A DNA stretch of 62,301 nt, filler included, from Bipalium vagum (Eukaryota), in assembly GCA_037834085.1 (NCBI GenBank). It is 3 parts of 3 records of this genome, joined end to end, with 100 filler letters (N's around TTAATTAATTAA, not from the genome) between each part and the next. Parts side by side here need not be neighbours in the genome. Positions count along the whole stretch, not along the records: positions 22,506 to 44,798 come from JBBMKC010224117.1; positions 44,899 to 62,301 come from JBBMKC010067274.1; 1 more part is not named here. One strand, 5' to 3'. Positions 38,200 through 52,361 of this stretch are shown piece by piece. The stretch's first letter is position 1. Each line of letters starts with the position of its first letter. Below the pieces are notes generated by a model that saw only the letters and a program-made list of their open reading frames with translations, ran no database searches and was not told the origin of the DNA. A program made the position numbers and the translations under genes.

Positions 38200-38790
38200 G
38201 ATAAATTGATGCGTGTGAATCTCGCAACTTTTTCATTTAGGTCAATAAAAAAAATCCGTCTTTGTTCCTGAGAAAAGTGAATTCTGTCCAATAGATCAAG
38301 ACGGAGTAGAATCTAAAAAATAGACAAAAGCGCTCAAACGGTTAGTGGTACTGCAAAGGCATTATTCATTTTGAACTTTCCCAACACGTCGAAACATTGA
38401 CGATAGAAAAGTATTGTGAGAAGCTAACAAGATTCAATGCTGCTATTCGTCAAAAACGTCCAGCTTGATCAATCGAAAAGGAAAAATCTTTCACCAAGAC
38501 AAAATACGAAAGCCCACTTTGCGCTAGAGATACTGCAAAAACTGCAAGAATTAAAAGGATAAATTCTCCAACACCCATTATACTCTCCAGATATTCCATT
38601 TTCTGATTTTGAATCTGTTTCGATCTTTACACAATAATTTGAGTGGTAAGAAGTTTAATTCTGATGAAGCTGTGGAAACTTGTCTTAAAAATTGTTTTCA
38701 AGGAAAACCAAGAAATTTTTATCAAAAGTTGACTCGAACAACTTTTAGAAAGTAGCGGTGATTATTTAATTAATCAATAAAGTTTAAAAT
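38200..38790 (+). mobile_element. mariner 3' fragment
   Basis: YCEKLTRFNAAIRQKRP, IFHQDK, LQHPLYSPDIPFSDF and LSGKKFNSDEAVE. Confidence 0.85.
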
Positions 38791-40079
38791 CAGGCCAAAA
38801 CTTTTGCAATGTAATGTATGATAAATCATATTCTTGAAAAGGTAACTTCTTTTTTTAAAAATGGCAAGTCTGGTTAGCTCTCTGACGACAGCAAAAACCA
38901 AATATATTCCAAAGGTGACAACCAGGAAGTCAGAGAAACGAGAGCGATTAAAATAATTCTAAAAACCAAGATTTTTTGATTAGTAAAGCAATAAAGTGAG
39001 AAATATTAGAAGTTCAATTAAACCCCTCCGCACTAAACGCCAATTTAGTTAAAAGAAAATCATGAAATATAAATGAAGGAGAAACGTTTTTTTAAAAATG
39101 TTATACTGTCGATCTATAGCTGGCCTAACCCGCGTACAGATCTGATCGCCGACAGCGGCAAAAATATCGTCAGCATCATCAAATGAATTAAAATCTTAAT
39201 GAAGACATTTTAACGCACGAGAGACATGCAAAGTCCCCAATTGACATTAGTATTGGTTTCCATTAGTACCTCTGTTAAAAAAGCGGGAGAAAAATTTTAA
39301 TGATTAAAATTTTTGAACCTGAAATCGGAAAAAGGAGCTGCTTCCGATCAATTTTAATATTATTTATGTCGAATTCATTTCTATCAAATTTGCACTGAAG
39401 CAATGAACGCACCCACCTGTCAACCACCTTCTTTTAACATGGTACGTTCAAAATCCCAGTGTCCTGAGTACCAAAGTTAGTGTTAAGGGTCCTCGCACAG
39501 TTTGATTATTTAAATCAATTATTTATCAATTGATTTAATTTCATCGAATCGAGGTGCATCAGATAATCGGTTTGTGCAAAAATAACGGAGGTCTTTGTTG
39601 TGTTTCCTTTAAGGGGGCCATTTTGAATTAATTTTTGTTAAATTTTATGCATGTCACGTCATTTTATGGTTTTGTTTTTGGTCGTTTTAATGGAAAAAAT
39701 TAATATTAATATAAGTCCATCCAGGGTGTACATGAAGGGAGTGTGACGATTTCGGAGCTCAACAAAAATCCTTCATCAAAATTAAGTATATTCACTTTAC
39801 ATTTTTCTAAAAAAGAATTACCGAAATTTAATGTAAGTGTTCAATTGTTTTACTGAGTCGGTGTTATCGAACGCAAAAATTCAAACCGTTCATTTTCGAT
39901 GTTTAAACCATGTTTTATGTTTATTTTATGGTTTTACTTTTACGGATTCAAACGAAAATTGTTAATTGACTATTGGGTAAAGGAAATGTCAACGAATGCA
40001 CATTAAAACAAATTTTCAATGGGGGGGGGCAGAAATGATTGGTTTTTCTTTAAGACTGTTCTTAAATGTCTGATATCCA

Positions 40080-40880
40080 TGTTAAAATTATTATAAGCAA
40101 AACTATTTAGAAATTTGTTTAATCGTTACGTATCCTCATCTGAAGATGTTCCTCCATATCTTCCGAATTGCACTAGATACACTTTCTTTTTTTAATTCCA
40201 CCGCCAAAGAAAACTCTTTAGCACGAGCCAACGAATTATAACTGATCCTGATGTCTATTTTACAACAAATATCAGGCCATCCGGAAAGTGATATGGATTT
40301 TGACTAAGAAAATCCAACAGTTTTTAACATTTATCTTAAAAAAAATATTCCCAATTCTGTTTAATAACTCTTCCTCAATGACTAAGGCACCACTGACCTC
40401 AATGGCATTTGCTTTGGTAGAACTTCGTCTAATAATTTCCACGACGCCTAATTTCTTCCTTCACACCACCTTTAACTATTGGATTATCTTAAATTTTTTT
40501 CTCGCATACATCGCAACAGTAAGTTCCCCACTCAACAAGCGTTCTACTGGTATTGTTCATGCTCGCTGCGTGCTGTATGTCTCTCTGTGGCATGTTACCA
40601 CTCCATCCATGAAAGTAGCAAGTGATTTGTTTAAGGGGCAACTTGCTGTTAACAAACAATGAGACATCCCGAATACTTCGACGTTGTTTGAAGAATTTCA
40701 GTACCATCGGTAACCATCCGTTGCATTCTGATAAAAACTAAGTCTAAAAGAACGGTCAAAAGAGTCACAAAATATATTATATGGAATAAACAGACACTGT
40801 GTAAGCCACCGCAACACAACCATAGGTTCCTTGAGTTGATTGCCGAGATCCAATTAACACCAGTCTTGTTGCAAAATATT
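40080..40880 (-). mobile_element. Merlin transposase remnant
   Basis: RRSIRDVSLFVNSKLPL..WS..TLVEWGTYCCDVC..PIVKGG matches the Merlin SIR.GS.F..SKL / T.VDW..F.R.VC / IGG pattern. Confidence 0.8.
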
Positions 40881-41604
40881 TTCTCAAGGTAAGATATCAT
40901 TGAAATCAATGATCGACGTTTAGATACTTGGCCTACTCGCGACTTTGCTTACACTAATTAACTGAAACCACATATTTTTGAGAAACACTTCAAAAACGAA
41001 GGATTTCCGCCACGATTTTGGTATTTTAAAATCTTTCTGATAGAATTTCACAGGCTTACTGGATAAGTCATTCAAGTGCTTTTCAATGGTCGGCAATGAA
41101 TCAAACTTCCGACCCGTTAATGAATCATCTTTGTCAAATATAAGTATTTGTGTAGCTGTAATGATACAACTTTCTGTCTTGTCGTCCATGAAGAAAACAA
41201 ATGAAGAAACTATTTGAAGCTTACAATTGTCCAGAGAACTGGAGACAACGGATTGATCATAACATGGTAGAGGCCGGGGATAACATTATCAAGAAAATAA
41301 ATCGAAAATGACATCACTTTAATTTTTCAAAAATTATCTGAGAACAAGATCTTGATAACACGTTTGTGAGATCAGGAGAAGAGAGGTTATGAAGAGAGAT
41401 ATAGTGATAGCCTGATCTTTCCTTAGTTTATGTGTTTGGGAAAATGAAAATAAAACTTTTAAATGGTAACAATGTTTATACACCACCACATTTATCTGGT
41501 CAAAACAAAACAATTATATATTATTATTTAGATTATAATTTAATTAATATTATTATCATATTATCCAATGATATTTAAAATAAAACTATTTAAAATTTAA
41601 TTAA

Positions 41605-42680
41605 GCTGGGTTTGTCACACCATTTCTAATTTTGTCACCCCTTTTACAATTGACATTTACCTGACTAAAATAAAATTTAAAAACAATATTTTAAAATGTA
41701 TTTGATACACAAAGGTTACCATCAATGATTGGTATTTTTTGAGAAATTTCGGCAAGAAGGAAAATATATTCCTGTAGAATTCAGAACAATCATTGGGTGT
41801 TATTTTGCTTCAGCTGGTTTCAATTAAATCAAACAACTCGTTCAATTTTTAGCTGTCCTACCCTTATCAGGTTTTTCCATTCGAAAAACATATTTTAATA
41901 GGATTAAGGAACTACGAATAAGGTGAAAGGAATAAGAGTGAATGACTAGGAAGGTCACATCATCCATTATTAAAAATTTCTTTTTCAAGCCTCTGGCCTT
42001 GAGTTTATCAAGAAGTTCTTTCAAAAAATCTAAGAAAAAATTCTTTGGAAGGCCTAAGGAAGGAAGGAGTTTGAGATGCATAGTTCACAACACCATTCCC
42101 ATTCATTGCGACACAAACCGATTTTATTCCGCATTCGAAATAATGGAACAATTTTTTCTGCAGCGGTACCAATAAGTGACCTCTTTCTGTTTGCAGAGAC
42201 ATTAAAGTCAATTTCATCCAGAAATATTAAACGAGATTACCTAATTTTTGATATTATTTCAAAAATTCTAATTGTATCTTAAGTGGATCGTTTTCTCATC
42301 ATCTCTTCGCTAAGGTATACCTGCTGGTGATATAAGAAAATATCGAGTTATCTCTGTCAATTGCTTTCAGATATATATCAATATTATAACATTCCTTAGG
42401 TTTTATTTCTATTGTCTTTAATATCATCGTACAATTCTCATCAATCCAGGATTTTATTGTTTAGACATGTTTTTCTGTCAAAGATCTTTTCTGACTCGGC
42501 TTTTGAGTTTTTGTTCATATCTATTTCCTTTCTCGTATACCTTAATTATGAGACATATTGTGTGATATTTTACATTTAACATTGATGATATTTGCTTCTT
42601 CTAATCTTCTTTCAAGTATGTTACTATCCGTTTCTGGGTTTCATTTGTAACCGACATCTGTAAGGTTTCAAAATAAATTT
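41605..42680 (-). mobile_element. IS630/Tc1-like transposon remnant
   Basis: FLDEIDFNVS, KKFLIMDDVTF and a PYS.FLNPI.ICF-like motif, with frameshifts. Confidence 0.75.
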
Positions 42681-43351
42681 AGGTAATAGAAAAGAATAGT
42701 AACACTTCTATGTAATTTAAATGTATATAAATTTGGTATTTAAGTTAAAATTTAAGAAAATGTAAAGGTTAAAAGCAAAAAATAAAAATTTAAATACAAC
42801 ATTTTAAAATGAAATGATAAAATTTAAACCGTTTACCTTCGTACATCTGACATCGTTCATTTCCTTTGTAAGGCCAGCTATATTATATTAGCACAGGCTT
42901 TCTTAATTAAATCGGCTATAAAATTCTTATTCCTTTTTGAGTCATAACATGTGATCTGAGATTCTTGTTTCTTGCGAGTTTTCCATAATTAATATAATCG
43001 ATAAGAATAATTTAGTTAAACCAATGAAAGTAAAATTGATTTTATAAAAATATTTTAAATTTATCTTTAACACCTTGAACAATACAAAAATATTAATATG
43101 ACAAAAGAAACCAGATATTAATTAGAAATTCTCAAAATCAATATTAAAATTTGACTCATAAAATTATAAAAAAATATCCATCGAACAAAAATATTGATAA
43201 AATAATTCTAAAAACACTTGTAAAACATTGAAATAAAAATGAAGCACAGAAATATTAAGGAATACCCTTTTAAACATAATATATACAATCAGTAATTTCA
43301 TTGGGTAAAATAAATTTATATTTCTATAAGCTGTTCAAATGTTCATTTAAA

Positions 43352-45406
43352 ATGCGTTTTTTCATGTACACTGTTTTTAATGTTTTAATAATTATTATGG
43401 ATGAAAGTAAAGGTTCAGAAAATAAACCTTTTACACAGATATTGCCCAAAGGTTGCAAATTACCAACGACAATATCAGAAAGAAATCGTTCAAAAATGAT
43501 AAAAAAGGAGCAACATGCAGTACCGGGGACCAATTTAAAAATGCAAGGAAAAATGACAGAGCAGAAATGCATTGAAGATTGTCATAAAAATCCGAACTGT
43601 TTTAGTATAGATTTTGGACCGACCTTGTGTTTTCAGAATGGGTTTTCAAAGGTATACGTTGAAATAACATACAAAGGAACCCTTTTTTATTATGCCATTT
43701 GCAAAGGTAATTATTATTTGTTTTATGAATAATGTTTAATTAATTATATAAAATATTTTATTTATTAATTAAATAATTTATTTTATATTTAGTAAATAAT
43801 ATAATATTATTTTAAACGCTCTATTTTAAAATGTATTAAAATATATTATGACAATCTGCCATGTTTTGTTATGAAAAATAAATATTTTTGAAGTATTGCT
43901 CTTTTTTATATTTCGAGAAGACATCTCTTGTATAAAATTTATTATTTCCACAACTTACCAAAATCTGCAATTATTTAAACAAAAATCGATTATTCAATAA
44001 ATTAATATAATGCGCCTTTTTATTTTCAAATATAAATGTTTACAAAATATCATTTTAGAATTTAATAAAAAAATATTAAAATATAATAAAACAATCTAAG
44101 CATTTTCAAATATCAAACCTGTCATTCTGTCACCGAATTTCAAAAAGTCTAGATACTGTCTGACGTCTTCTTTTTTCCACTGTCAAATTAGTGGAGTGTT
44201 ATATGGCGGATTGCAACTTCTTACAATTCCATTCTCAAATAAATTCATTATTACATCGTCATTTTTTTCTTCTAAATGTATCTACTGTTTTTTTATTGAT
44301 TGTTACGCCAGTAGTTTTGATTTCGCGTTTCATCAGTTTTGTATATCTAATATCCTAAGCATTTGGCATGACTGCTTCTTTCTTGTTTTTTATGAATTCC
44401 AACAAGTTCTTGTCTTCGACGAGAACTAATATTTCCTCATCTTTAAAAATATTCTAAACCTTTCTTCAATGCTACAAATCTCTGTCTCCTCCATTTCCAC
44501 TGGAATCTTTATTAACTTAAATTATAACTTTGTCAAAAATTCTGTTCTTTCAATTATATCTGGTGAAACTTGCTCTACTATCGTGAATGAAATTGACTTA
44601 CTTCTACTTCCAATGTAAACATCAACTGTTAAATATCCCACAACATTCATTGCCCTATAATACAGTGCAACCCGCTTAATATCACGGCGTCCGTTACAGA
44701 AAAGGTCATGATATTAACCGGGTCGTGATATTAACCATCAACTCGCTTTATATCATGATTCATGATAATAACCGAAAAAAATGATTTTTTAAATATCGNN
44801 NNNNNNNNNNNNNNNNNNNNNNNNNNNNNNNNNNNNNNNNNNTTAATTAATTAANNNNNNNNNNNNNNNNNNNNNNNNNNNNNNNNNNNNNNNNNNNNCA
44901 GTGATGCAGTTTTTAGAGAATAAATCTCCAGAGTTCTTTAAATCGGCTTTCATTGAGTTGGCTGCTCGCTGGCGGTAATGTGTCAATGTACATGGTAACT
45001 ATATAGAAAAATAAAACCTCTGTAATGTGCCTGTTATGTTAAATAAAAATTATAATATTCGTTCATCTCTTTCTATGCTAGTTTCACTACTTATTGGGCG
45101 CACCACGTATCATTTCTATAAAATTTCTAAATCTTAAAAACATTTATCTAATTTATTTCTTTTCTTTTTCTTCTATTTTCTTATTTAATTCAATGTTTTA
45201 TTTTTTATCTTCTATAATTTTATTTCAAATAGGTTTCGAACATAGTGACACAAAATCTAGTGCGATCCTAAATAAAAGTGATAATCCCAATGATCTGGCA
45301 AATAACCTAGTTGACAAATCATTGAGTTCTGAAATCGCCAGGCCCATTATTGATATTAATGAAGCTTCCGGTTCAGGGAAAATTACAATTGTTGAGATCA
45401 ATACAG
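43352..45406 (+). CDS. Secreted PAN/apple-domain protein (exon 43352-43706; probable exon 45233-45406; possible last exon 49883-49899)
   Basis: Signal-like MRFFMYTVFNVLIIIM and PAN pattern TEQKCIEDCHKNPNCFSIDFGPTLCF. The phase-1 donor at 43707 fits the phase-1 acceptor at 45233, whose exon ends phase 1 and fits a terminal (G)CT-PNEN* exon at 49883. The join crosses an assembly gap, so exons 2-3 are tentative. Confidence 0.6.
44100..44660 (-). mobile_element. Gypsy protease/RT 5' fragment
   Basis: MNVVGYLTVDVYIG..FTIV, then LFENGIVRSCNPPYNTPLI*..KKE..VRQYLDF (RT motif GII..S.SP.N.P...K..G..R.C.DF). Confidence 0.8.
44663..44798 (+). mobile_element. pogo/Tigger-like element end, truncated by the gap
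   Basis: TA|CAGTGCAACCCGCTTAATATCAC followed by gatattaacc subterminal repeats. Confidence 0.6.
44799..44898. other. Assembly gap linker (44 N + TTAATTAATTAA + 44 N)
   Basis: Identical design to the gap at 22406. Confidence 0.97.
44899..45108 (+). mobile_element. mariner 3' end with TIR
   Basis: FLENKSPEFFKSAFIELAARWR*CVNVHGNYIEK*, then TIR ..acttattgggcgcaccacg|ta. Confidence 0.8.
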
Positions 45407-45437
45407 GTAGGTGTTCTTAGGTTTTTTTTAATTAATG

Positions 45438-45502
<65 letters not shown>

Positions 45503-46699
45503 TTTAAAATGAATCAAGTTTGATTTCGTTATTAAATTCAAACATAACTTTAAGTTGTTTTTCTACAAAATACTTGGAATATGATTTGTGACTTTGATAA
45601 TTAATCTTATTGATTCTCATTTGATAACTAACATCTGAATGTGCTTTAGTTTCATTTTAATGAGAAAAATTTTTTTTTTTTAAATTTTTAAGTATAATAA
45701 TAATTATTATTATTTTATTCGTAGCCTTACTTGATTTATTATAATATTAAATTAATTTTTTTAAAGCTTTTATTATTAATTTTATAAATTTATTTTAATT
45801 TTATTATTTCAAATTTTTTATAAATTTATTTTTCTCTGCTCTGGTGATTTTAAATAATATTTTTATAAACGATTTCTGTAAATCATGATTTACAATATCT
45901 CCTTTCCTAATTCCGTTATTTAAATAAAATTGCTTTACTGGAGACTTGTAAATTTTTTGTAAGATTACATGAGACCTGAGGATTAGGAATTTGTTGATCA
46001 TTTTGTAAGCGAATTTAGATTATGTTGATATTTTGAAGTCATGAAGAAAGTTTAAATTTTTTTTGCTCAAACGAAAATTTATTCATCCTGATTTCAATAT
46101 CGTTATTAAAAAAATGTAAGGTTTTCACTTATTTCAGCTCAGAAATCTAAAAATAAAAAATCTAACAATAATATTAATAAAAATAATAATGAAAATGTAT
46201 GATAGTAATACAGTTTTGCATTTAATTTCACTGCATGAGTAGATTATCTAAAACTTTACCAAGACAATTTCATCTATTACGACTTTAATCTTTTGTTAAA
46301 AGTCGAAACAATTTACTGTGATAAATTTTGAAAGATTTCAGTAATTACTGAATCCTATTTATCGACTTAACTAATGGAAGTAAAGTCAGAATTTGAGGCG
46401 TTTTCTCCAAAATATTTCTTTGGTCTTTATTTACGTGTTTGTTTAACATGACATCGTCAATAATGTTTCAAGCTGTAAAGAATTTAATTTCGAATAATTA
46501 AATGCCGATGTGGATAAAACTACACTTTACCTTATTTTTTAAAAACTTTTATTTTTGTTTAACTAATGATAGAAGACTGAAACAACGATTTCTTGCTTTT
46601 CGGATAAGTAATGGTTTGAGATCGTTCCATAAGTCTTTACGGAAAAAAACTTGGAACAAAAATATTTTTATAAAAGCAAACAAATACTTTAATCAGTTA

Positions 46700-47410
46700 T
46701 ATAATGTTATCAAATATGGTCTACCAGAGTTTATGTAGAAGTTTGATTCTGTGTTTGAAGAAATATTGTTGCTTTTCAACGAAATATTCGGAGATAGCAT
46801 TTTTAATCTCACATTTGTCACTGAAAACTTTTCTTTTCAAAAAGTGATACGATGATCTGAACAGATGATAATCTGTCAGTGTTATATTTGGTCTGTTAAA
46901 TGAGTGAGGCACAATTTCACACCAAAGTCTTTCAACTTACTTTTGGTTGTTTTATATGTGTGGGGATTTTAAGCTATCTTATTGTCGAACAACACATTTT
47001 CGTTTGGCCAATTTCAACGTGCTGTGACGGTGAGAAGATGTCTTTATGTCATCCCTATTGTTTCCGTGGAATGATCTGATCTTGATTTGTCCTGAGGATC
47101 GAAAGAAGATCTTGGCTGTGGAACTTTCTGAACCTTTTTAAAGATATACTTAAACATGTATGATCGACCAGCCTGCCATAGCACTGTCTTGCCTTTAACC
47201 CGCATTTAAAATCATATAGCATGCACTTTCTAATCATTTCTTTTGTAAAGGCCATCACTAAAATTAATAATTAATTAATGTTATTAAAAAAATAAATGGA
47301 TATGAATAATATAATTTCATTAAATATAATTTTAAATGATTGGCCCATCAATAAATCAAATATTAAATAATAGTCAATGAAAATGGTAAAGACTCATAGA
47401 ATGACCTGAT
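46700..47410 (-). mobile_element. Decayed mariner
   Basis: EMIRKCMLYDFKCGLKA (HTH) and PH..RPNITLTDYHLFRS..LKRKVF. Confidence 0.8.
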
Positions 47411-49491
47411 TGGTATAAGAAATCTAAAAAAATTAATTATACTATAATTTTCATTATTTTTCCGCAATTTGGGCATTTCTTGACTCTGGGCAATATATCC
47501 CATTTATATAACTTTTTTAACATTTGCGCGTTTGGTTTCGAAAACCGACGCAATCAATTATTTTTAATGACCATATTCGAGTTTTTAAATTCTTAATTAT
47601 AATATATAACATGTTACTATAGCTTACGTTTCAAATAATATTGCCAGTTTTAATATAAATTTATATATTTAAACACAACTTAATTTTTTAATTTATTTCA
47701 ATTATGGTTTTCTCTCACCACTCCACCATTGAAGCCTTAGTTTCTAATAATCTTCCTCACAGTTCTAACCCTATTAAATTCCTTCATTTTAAAAAGAATT
47801 TTAAATTTAATATACATTGTGCATTCACTAATGATTTTTTTAAAACTTTTTTGTAACATATGAAGTTTGTCTCTAGTATTTAAAATCTTTGAACGACCTA
47901 TACTTCCAAAATTAGTGATAGCGTTTTGTTTTTCTACACTTTTTAATCAAATATTGAATAGTATATTTTCTTCTGTTAACCATCTTTTCAATGTCATAGT
48001 AACTTTTTTCTGGATATTACGATGTAATAATTCGAGTTCTTTCCTCATTTGATAGTTTTCTGATATTACCCTTATTATTCACTGTGAAGCGTATCTACAA
48101 TTTTAATGTCCATATAATAATCATTATTATTATTATTATTATTATTATAAATTGGTAACACTTTGCAATTTGAAATCAACATAAAAAATTATTTTTTATA
48201 ATTAATATGCTATGACAATCGAATTTACATGGAGAACGAATACTTTATTCATACAAGTAAAATATGAAAGATCTTTGACAAATTGTTGATTACAAATTAT
48301 GTACATTCTAAATTTTAAAAATTTCTTCATTTCTTAAGAAATTGTTATTCTCAATGAATACGAATACTTCGTGGAGCCATTATATATTATTTAATACTAT
48401 AATTTTTATATTAATTGTTATCTGATTGGTTTTATTCTTTTTAATGTTCTATTTAAGATTTTGATCTCTAGTAAATATAAAAAACAGAAATTGATTTATT
48501 GATTTTTTTATTCAGCTAAACAATTAAGTATTTTCAAGCTGATTTTTTATTGATTTCCAAATGATAAATTTTCTCTTACAATTGTCGGAAAATGTATATC
48601 ACATAATCTGACATTTTAATAAGTTCACAATTAATTATCAATTAAAATTTATTTTAACACAAAACGTTCTTCGTTTTCAATTTTTATCACATATGGCGTT
48701 AAAATCATTACAAATCAGAGAAAAAATCTGAAATGTATTTTTACAATTATAGATTTTGTGGTCTGATTTGGAACGGTAATTGTCTATCATTGGACTTTGA
48801 GGAATATTTACATTTAATGTTTTATTCTTTTTCAATATCTTCATCAAAGCAAGGCTTCCCAATCTTGATCTTAGTGAAATTACTATAGTCAGGAATTAAG
48901 TAAATCGATTTTTGCATTCTCTAAAACATAAAATATTAACAAATATTAAGGGTAATACTTTTTTAAATATATATTAATATGTTCTGTTTTTTCGATTAGT
49001 GTTTCTAAATTTCGATTCTCAGAAAGAAAATGGCACTTTATTTTCAGCTAATTAGAGTAAAGAGTTAATTAATATACCAAATTTTCACTGAGAAAATTGA
49101 AGAAAAAACATGTAACTTTAACAAAAAAATATATGGTATAAATTAATAGCATGTCCATAGTTGAATGGTGGTAGAATCATTTTAATATGGAGGTTGGTTC
49201 AATTAACCAATGACGAAAACTTGAACTTAAAAAATAATTTTTTTTAACTATACAGTCACCTCAATTTATAAACAATAATATTTGAACAATTTTCGATCTT
49301 TGGCACATTTGTAGTTTTTTCCTGTCATATTAGATTTCTGTTTAGGAAATGCCAAATCATCCTTTCATCTCTCAATTCTGGAGAAGAAACTATTAATTTT
49401 AATTACCACCAGTTTCGTGTTACATTGTCTTAGTTATGTTCAGGGTTGATCTGATATCATATTCCTCACTTTAATGACTGTAGCTTTAATA

Positions 49492-49526
<35 letters not shown>

Positions 49527-50742
49527 GAAATCATCCTTTATTTTCTAACAAAAATATTTAAATATTTGTTTATTATTACAGTTTATTTAGCTATAATTGG
49601 GTTTCTATCGAATAATAAATTCAAGGCAAATACCTATAAAGATTTAAAGACACCCGTAAAGTAAATGAAAAGTTAATATTATTTTTATGAAATATGAAAT
49701 ATTTAAAAATTCATTAATTCACTTTTAGAAAATTTATATTTTTTACAAAGTTTTATAATACAATTAGAAATATATTTTTTAAAAATCGAATGTTGTCGGA
49801 GAAATTATGGTGAAAATTATTAATATTTGTTAGTTGAATTAGGACAATATTGTATATATATTAATTTTATTTCTGTTTACAGCTCCTAATGAAAACTGAG
49901 GCCGTGAAAGCTGTGTTTCTTATCTTAAATTTATAACTAGACACAAATAATAGATAAAATAAATACAAGCTCTTGCAACATAATCATTAGGCATTGTGAA
50001 AAGAATGAGACTAACAATTAATTATTATTGCTTTGTCTTTCACTGTGTACGGTGTTTAAAAGACATTTTCGGAAAAATTTTCTAAAAAAACAAGAGGATG
50101 CTTAATTGTGATTTTGCCTTTAATTTTAAAAAATCGATCCTGAGTTTCAAAGCGAAGTATATATTCCTGAAAATCTCGTTGATCTGATAACTCTTTGTAA
50201 TTAAAGAATGATAGAATTTGTATTTTTCTATTTTTACATTTATAAGGGAATTATTTTACTTAACCAATTTGAGAAAATGCAACCAAAGAAATTTAAATTG
50301 AATTGTACGTTAATTCTATTAATTATACATAAATCAATAATAAATTTGTCTATACACAAATCTTTAATATTCTAAAAGAAATTTTTGACATCCAGAGAAT
50401 ATGATTGTCAATGGAAATAGGGAGAAATGGGGTAATTAATGTGAATTGTGAATTTGTAAGGGAACCAAAATCAAATTCAAACAGTTGCCAACTTTGTTAC
50501 CATTTTTATACCGGCCAATCAAAATGAACTTTTAGAGCCAGATTACCAATTGGCTTATGTTTAAAAATAGATTGATAAACAATTACTTTCATTTAATAGA
50601 GTTTAAAGAAGACTAAACCTAACTGAAATGTGTCATAAGTACTATTTAAAGTTTTGACGAAAGATGATGAGAATTTTATCCTCAAAGGAATTTGAAATAA
50701 ATATCACTTGGAACATCAACAGCAAATGTAAAAAGTATATCA

Positions 50743-50772
50743 GGTTGAATTTGGTTGAATTTGGTTGAATTT
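50743..50772. repeat. 10-bp tandem repeat x3 (ggttgaattt)
   Basis: Seen directly in the sequence. Confidence 0.85.
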
Positions 50773-52361
50773 TATTTCTTCATAACTGAAAAAACTAGCG
50801 AGACCAATAGGTGAAATAAAGTTGTTATTGAAATTACCATTAAATTCCAATTGTTTTTATTTTGCAAAACGGTTAAAGAAAAGAAAATAAATAACAGAAT
50901 TCATTTTAAAAATAAAATCAGAAAAATCAATGATTTTCAATTTTCTTATTTAAAGTTTTTCCATTATTTTAGGTAGATATACATTGCTTTTCAAATTTCT
51001 TCAGTAAAGGAAAATATACGCATAATTTAAATAATATGCTTATTTCTCAATGATTTTTAAAACCTTTTTACAAATAGTCTAGCGTAATTGCTATCGTCTT
51101 ATTACTTTGTTCCAGATTATAACGAAGAGTAGCAATATAGAATAATTTTTGGCTATGACTTTTAATTGCCTGTTCTATTAACTTGTCTATTTTAATAAAT
51201 AAATGATTTTTTTCACATTCACATGCTTTATTTTACACCATAAATTCAACTCCTATTTCTAGTCAGTCTCTTGTTTCTCATCACTTCGTGAATTGACAGT
51301 AGCAAGAGATCATGTGAATCCAGTTGGTTTTGTGAAAGAAACTTGCTTTGTCAATAAGTTTTATGTATTGAAAATACTCCGAACTTGTTTCACTGATAAA
51401 AACCGATAATTGTTGTGTAATAAAGTGATAAATTTTTACGTCACCAAGTAAAATATTTATTGCAAACTCTGTGAACTTTGTTTCAAAAGAATTAAGTTTA
51501 TTCTACCTAATTTTCAAAGTTCATAAAAATAAAGTATTATTTAAACAATTTCTGCAGGAGGTCGTTTAATAATCATAAATATTTCTCAAAAATACTTTTT
51601 ATCTTGGTACATGTAAATATTTCCGTTTTGTTAACTGTTATTTATTTATTTTTGTTTGGCTCATAAACTTTTTGTTTAATTTCGATTTTTCTTTATTTTT
51701 ATAATTAATTCTGCGATTTTTTCAAGACTCGTATTTGAATTTCAGCAGTATTGAACATAAAATGATCAATCAAGGAATCTTTTTTGGTACCAAACAATAA
51801 AAATTATTATTTTATATTATTATGATTATAATTTTTAAGATTTATATTATTAAATATACCTGATTTTAATTGCATATCTTTTCGAAACAAATAAGATATT
51901 TAAGTCTCAAAGTTCCTGATTTTTTTCACAAAATTTTTTATAATTAGCATTTTTCTATATTCTTTTTTATAAATATCTTTACCAACTCTTTTCGATTTCA
52001 TATTTTTAATCTCAAATATACCATTGGTATAAGTATTATTAAATATCTGCGGTAATATTTGGAAAACTGTTGTAAAAAATCACTAATGACAAATTCTGAT
52101 AGAATAAAAATGGAGATTTGTTTTATTGGTATTTTTTTTTATTAATATCAAGAAAAATAATAAAAGTTTTCTGATAGAGAATAGATTACATTTTTATCTA
52201 ATAAAATGTTATTTTAAACATGAACTGACATGCACCGATTAATAAAAGATATCATAATAATTTTATGTGATTTTTAGTGAAAGCCACAAAAATATTTCAG
52301 TAAACATTTTTTTAAAATTTTATGAAACTTTTTTTATCTTTTAATTATTATTTATTTTCAG

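Noticed and set aside
38662-38690. CTGATGA..GAAAC..GTC hammerhead-like string
   Set aside because: It lies in mariner coding sequence (NSDEAVETCL) and stem II cannot pair.
44320-44340. Minus-strand CTGATGA-AACGC-GAAA hammerhead-like string
   Set aside because: There is no room for stem II, and it lies inside the Gypsy pol fragment.
50664-50727. Candidate first coding exon of Phactr (MMRILSSKEF..)
   Set aside because: It is phase-compatible and near CCAAT boxes, but has no homology support and a weak donor.
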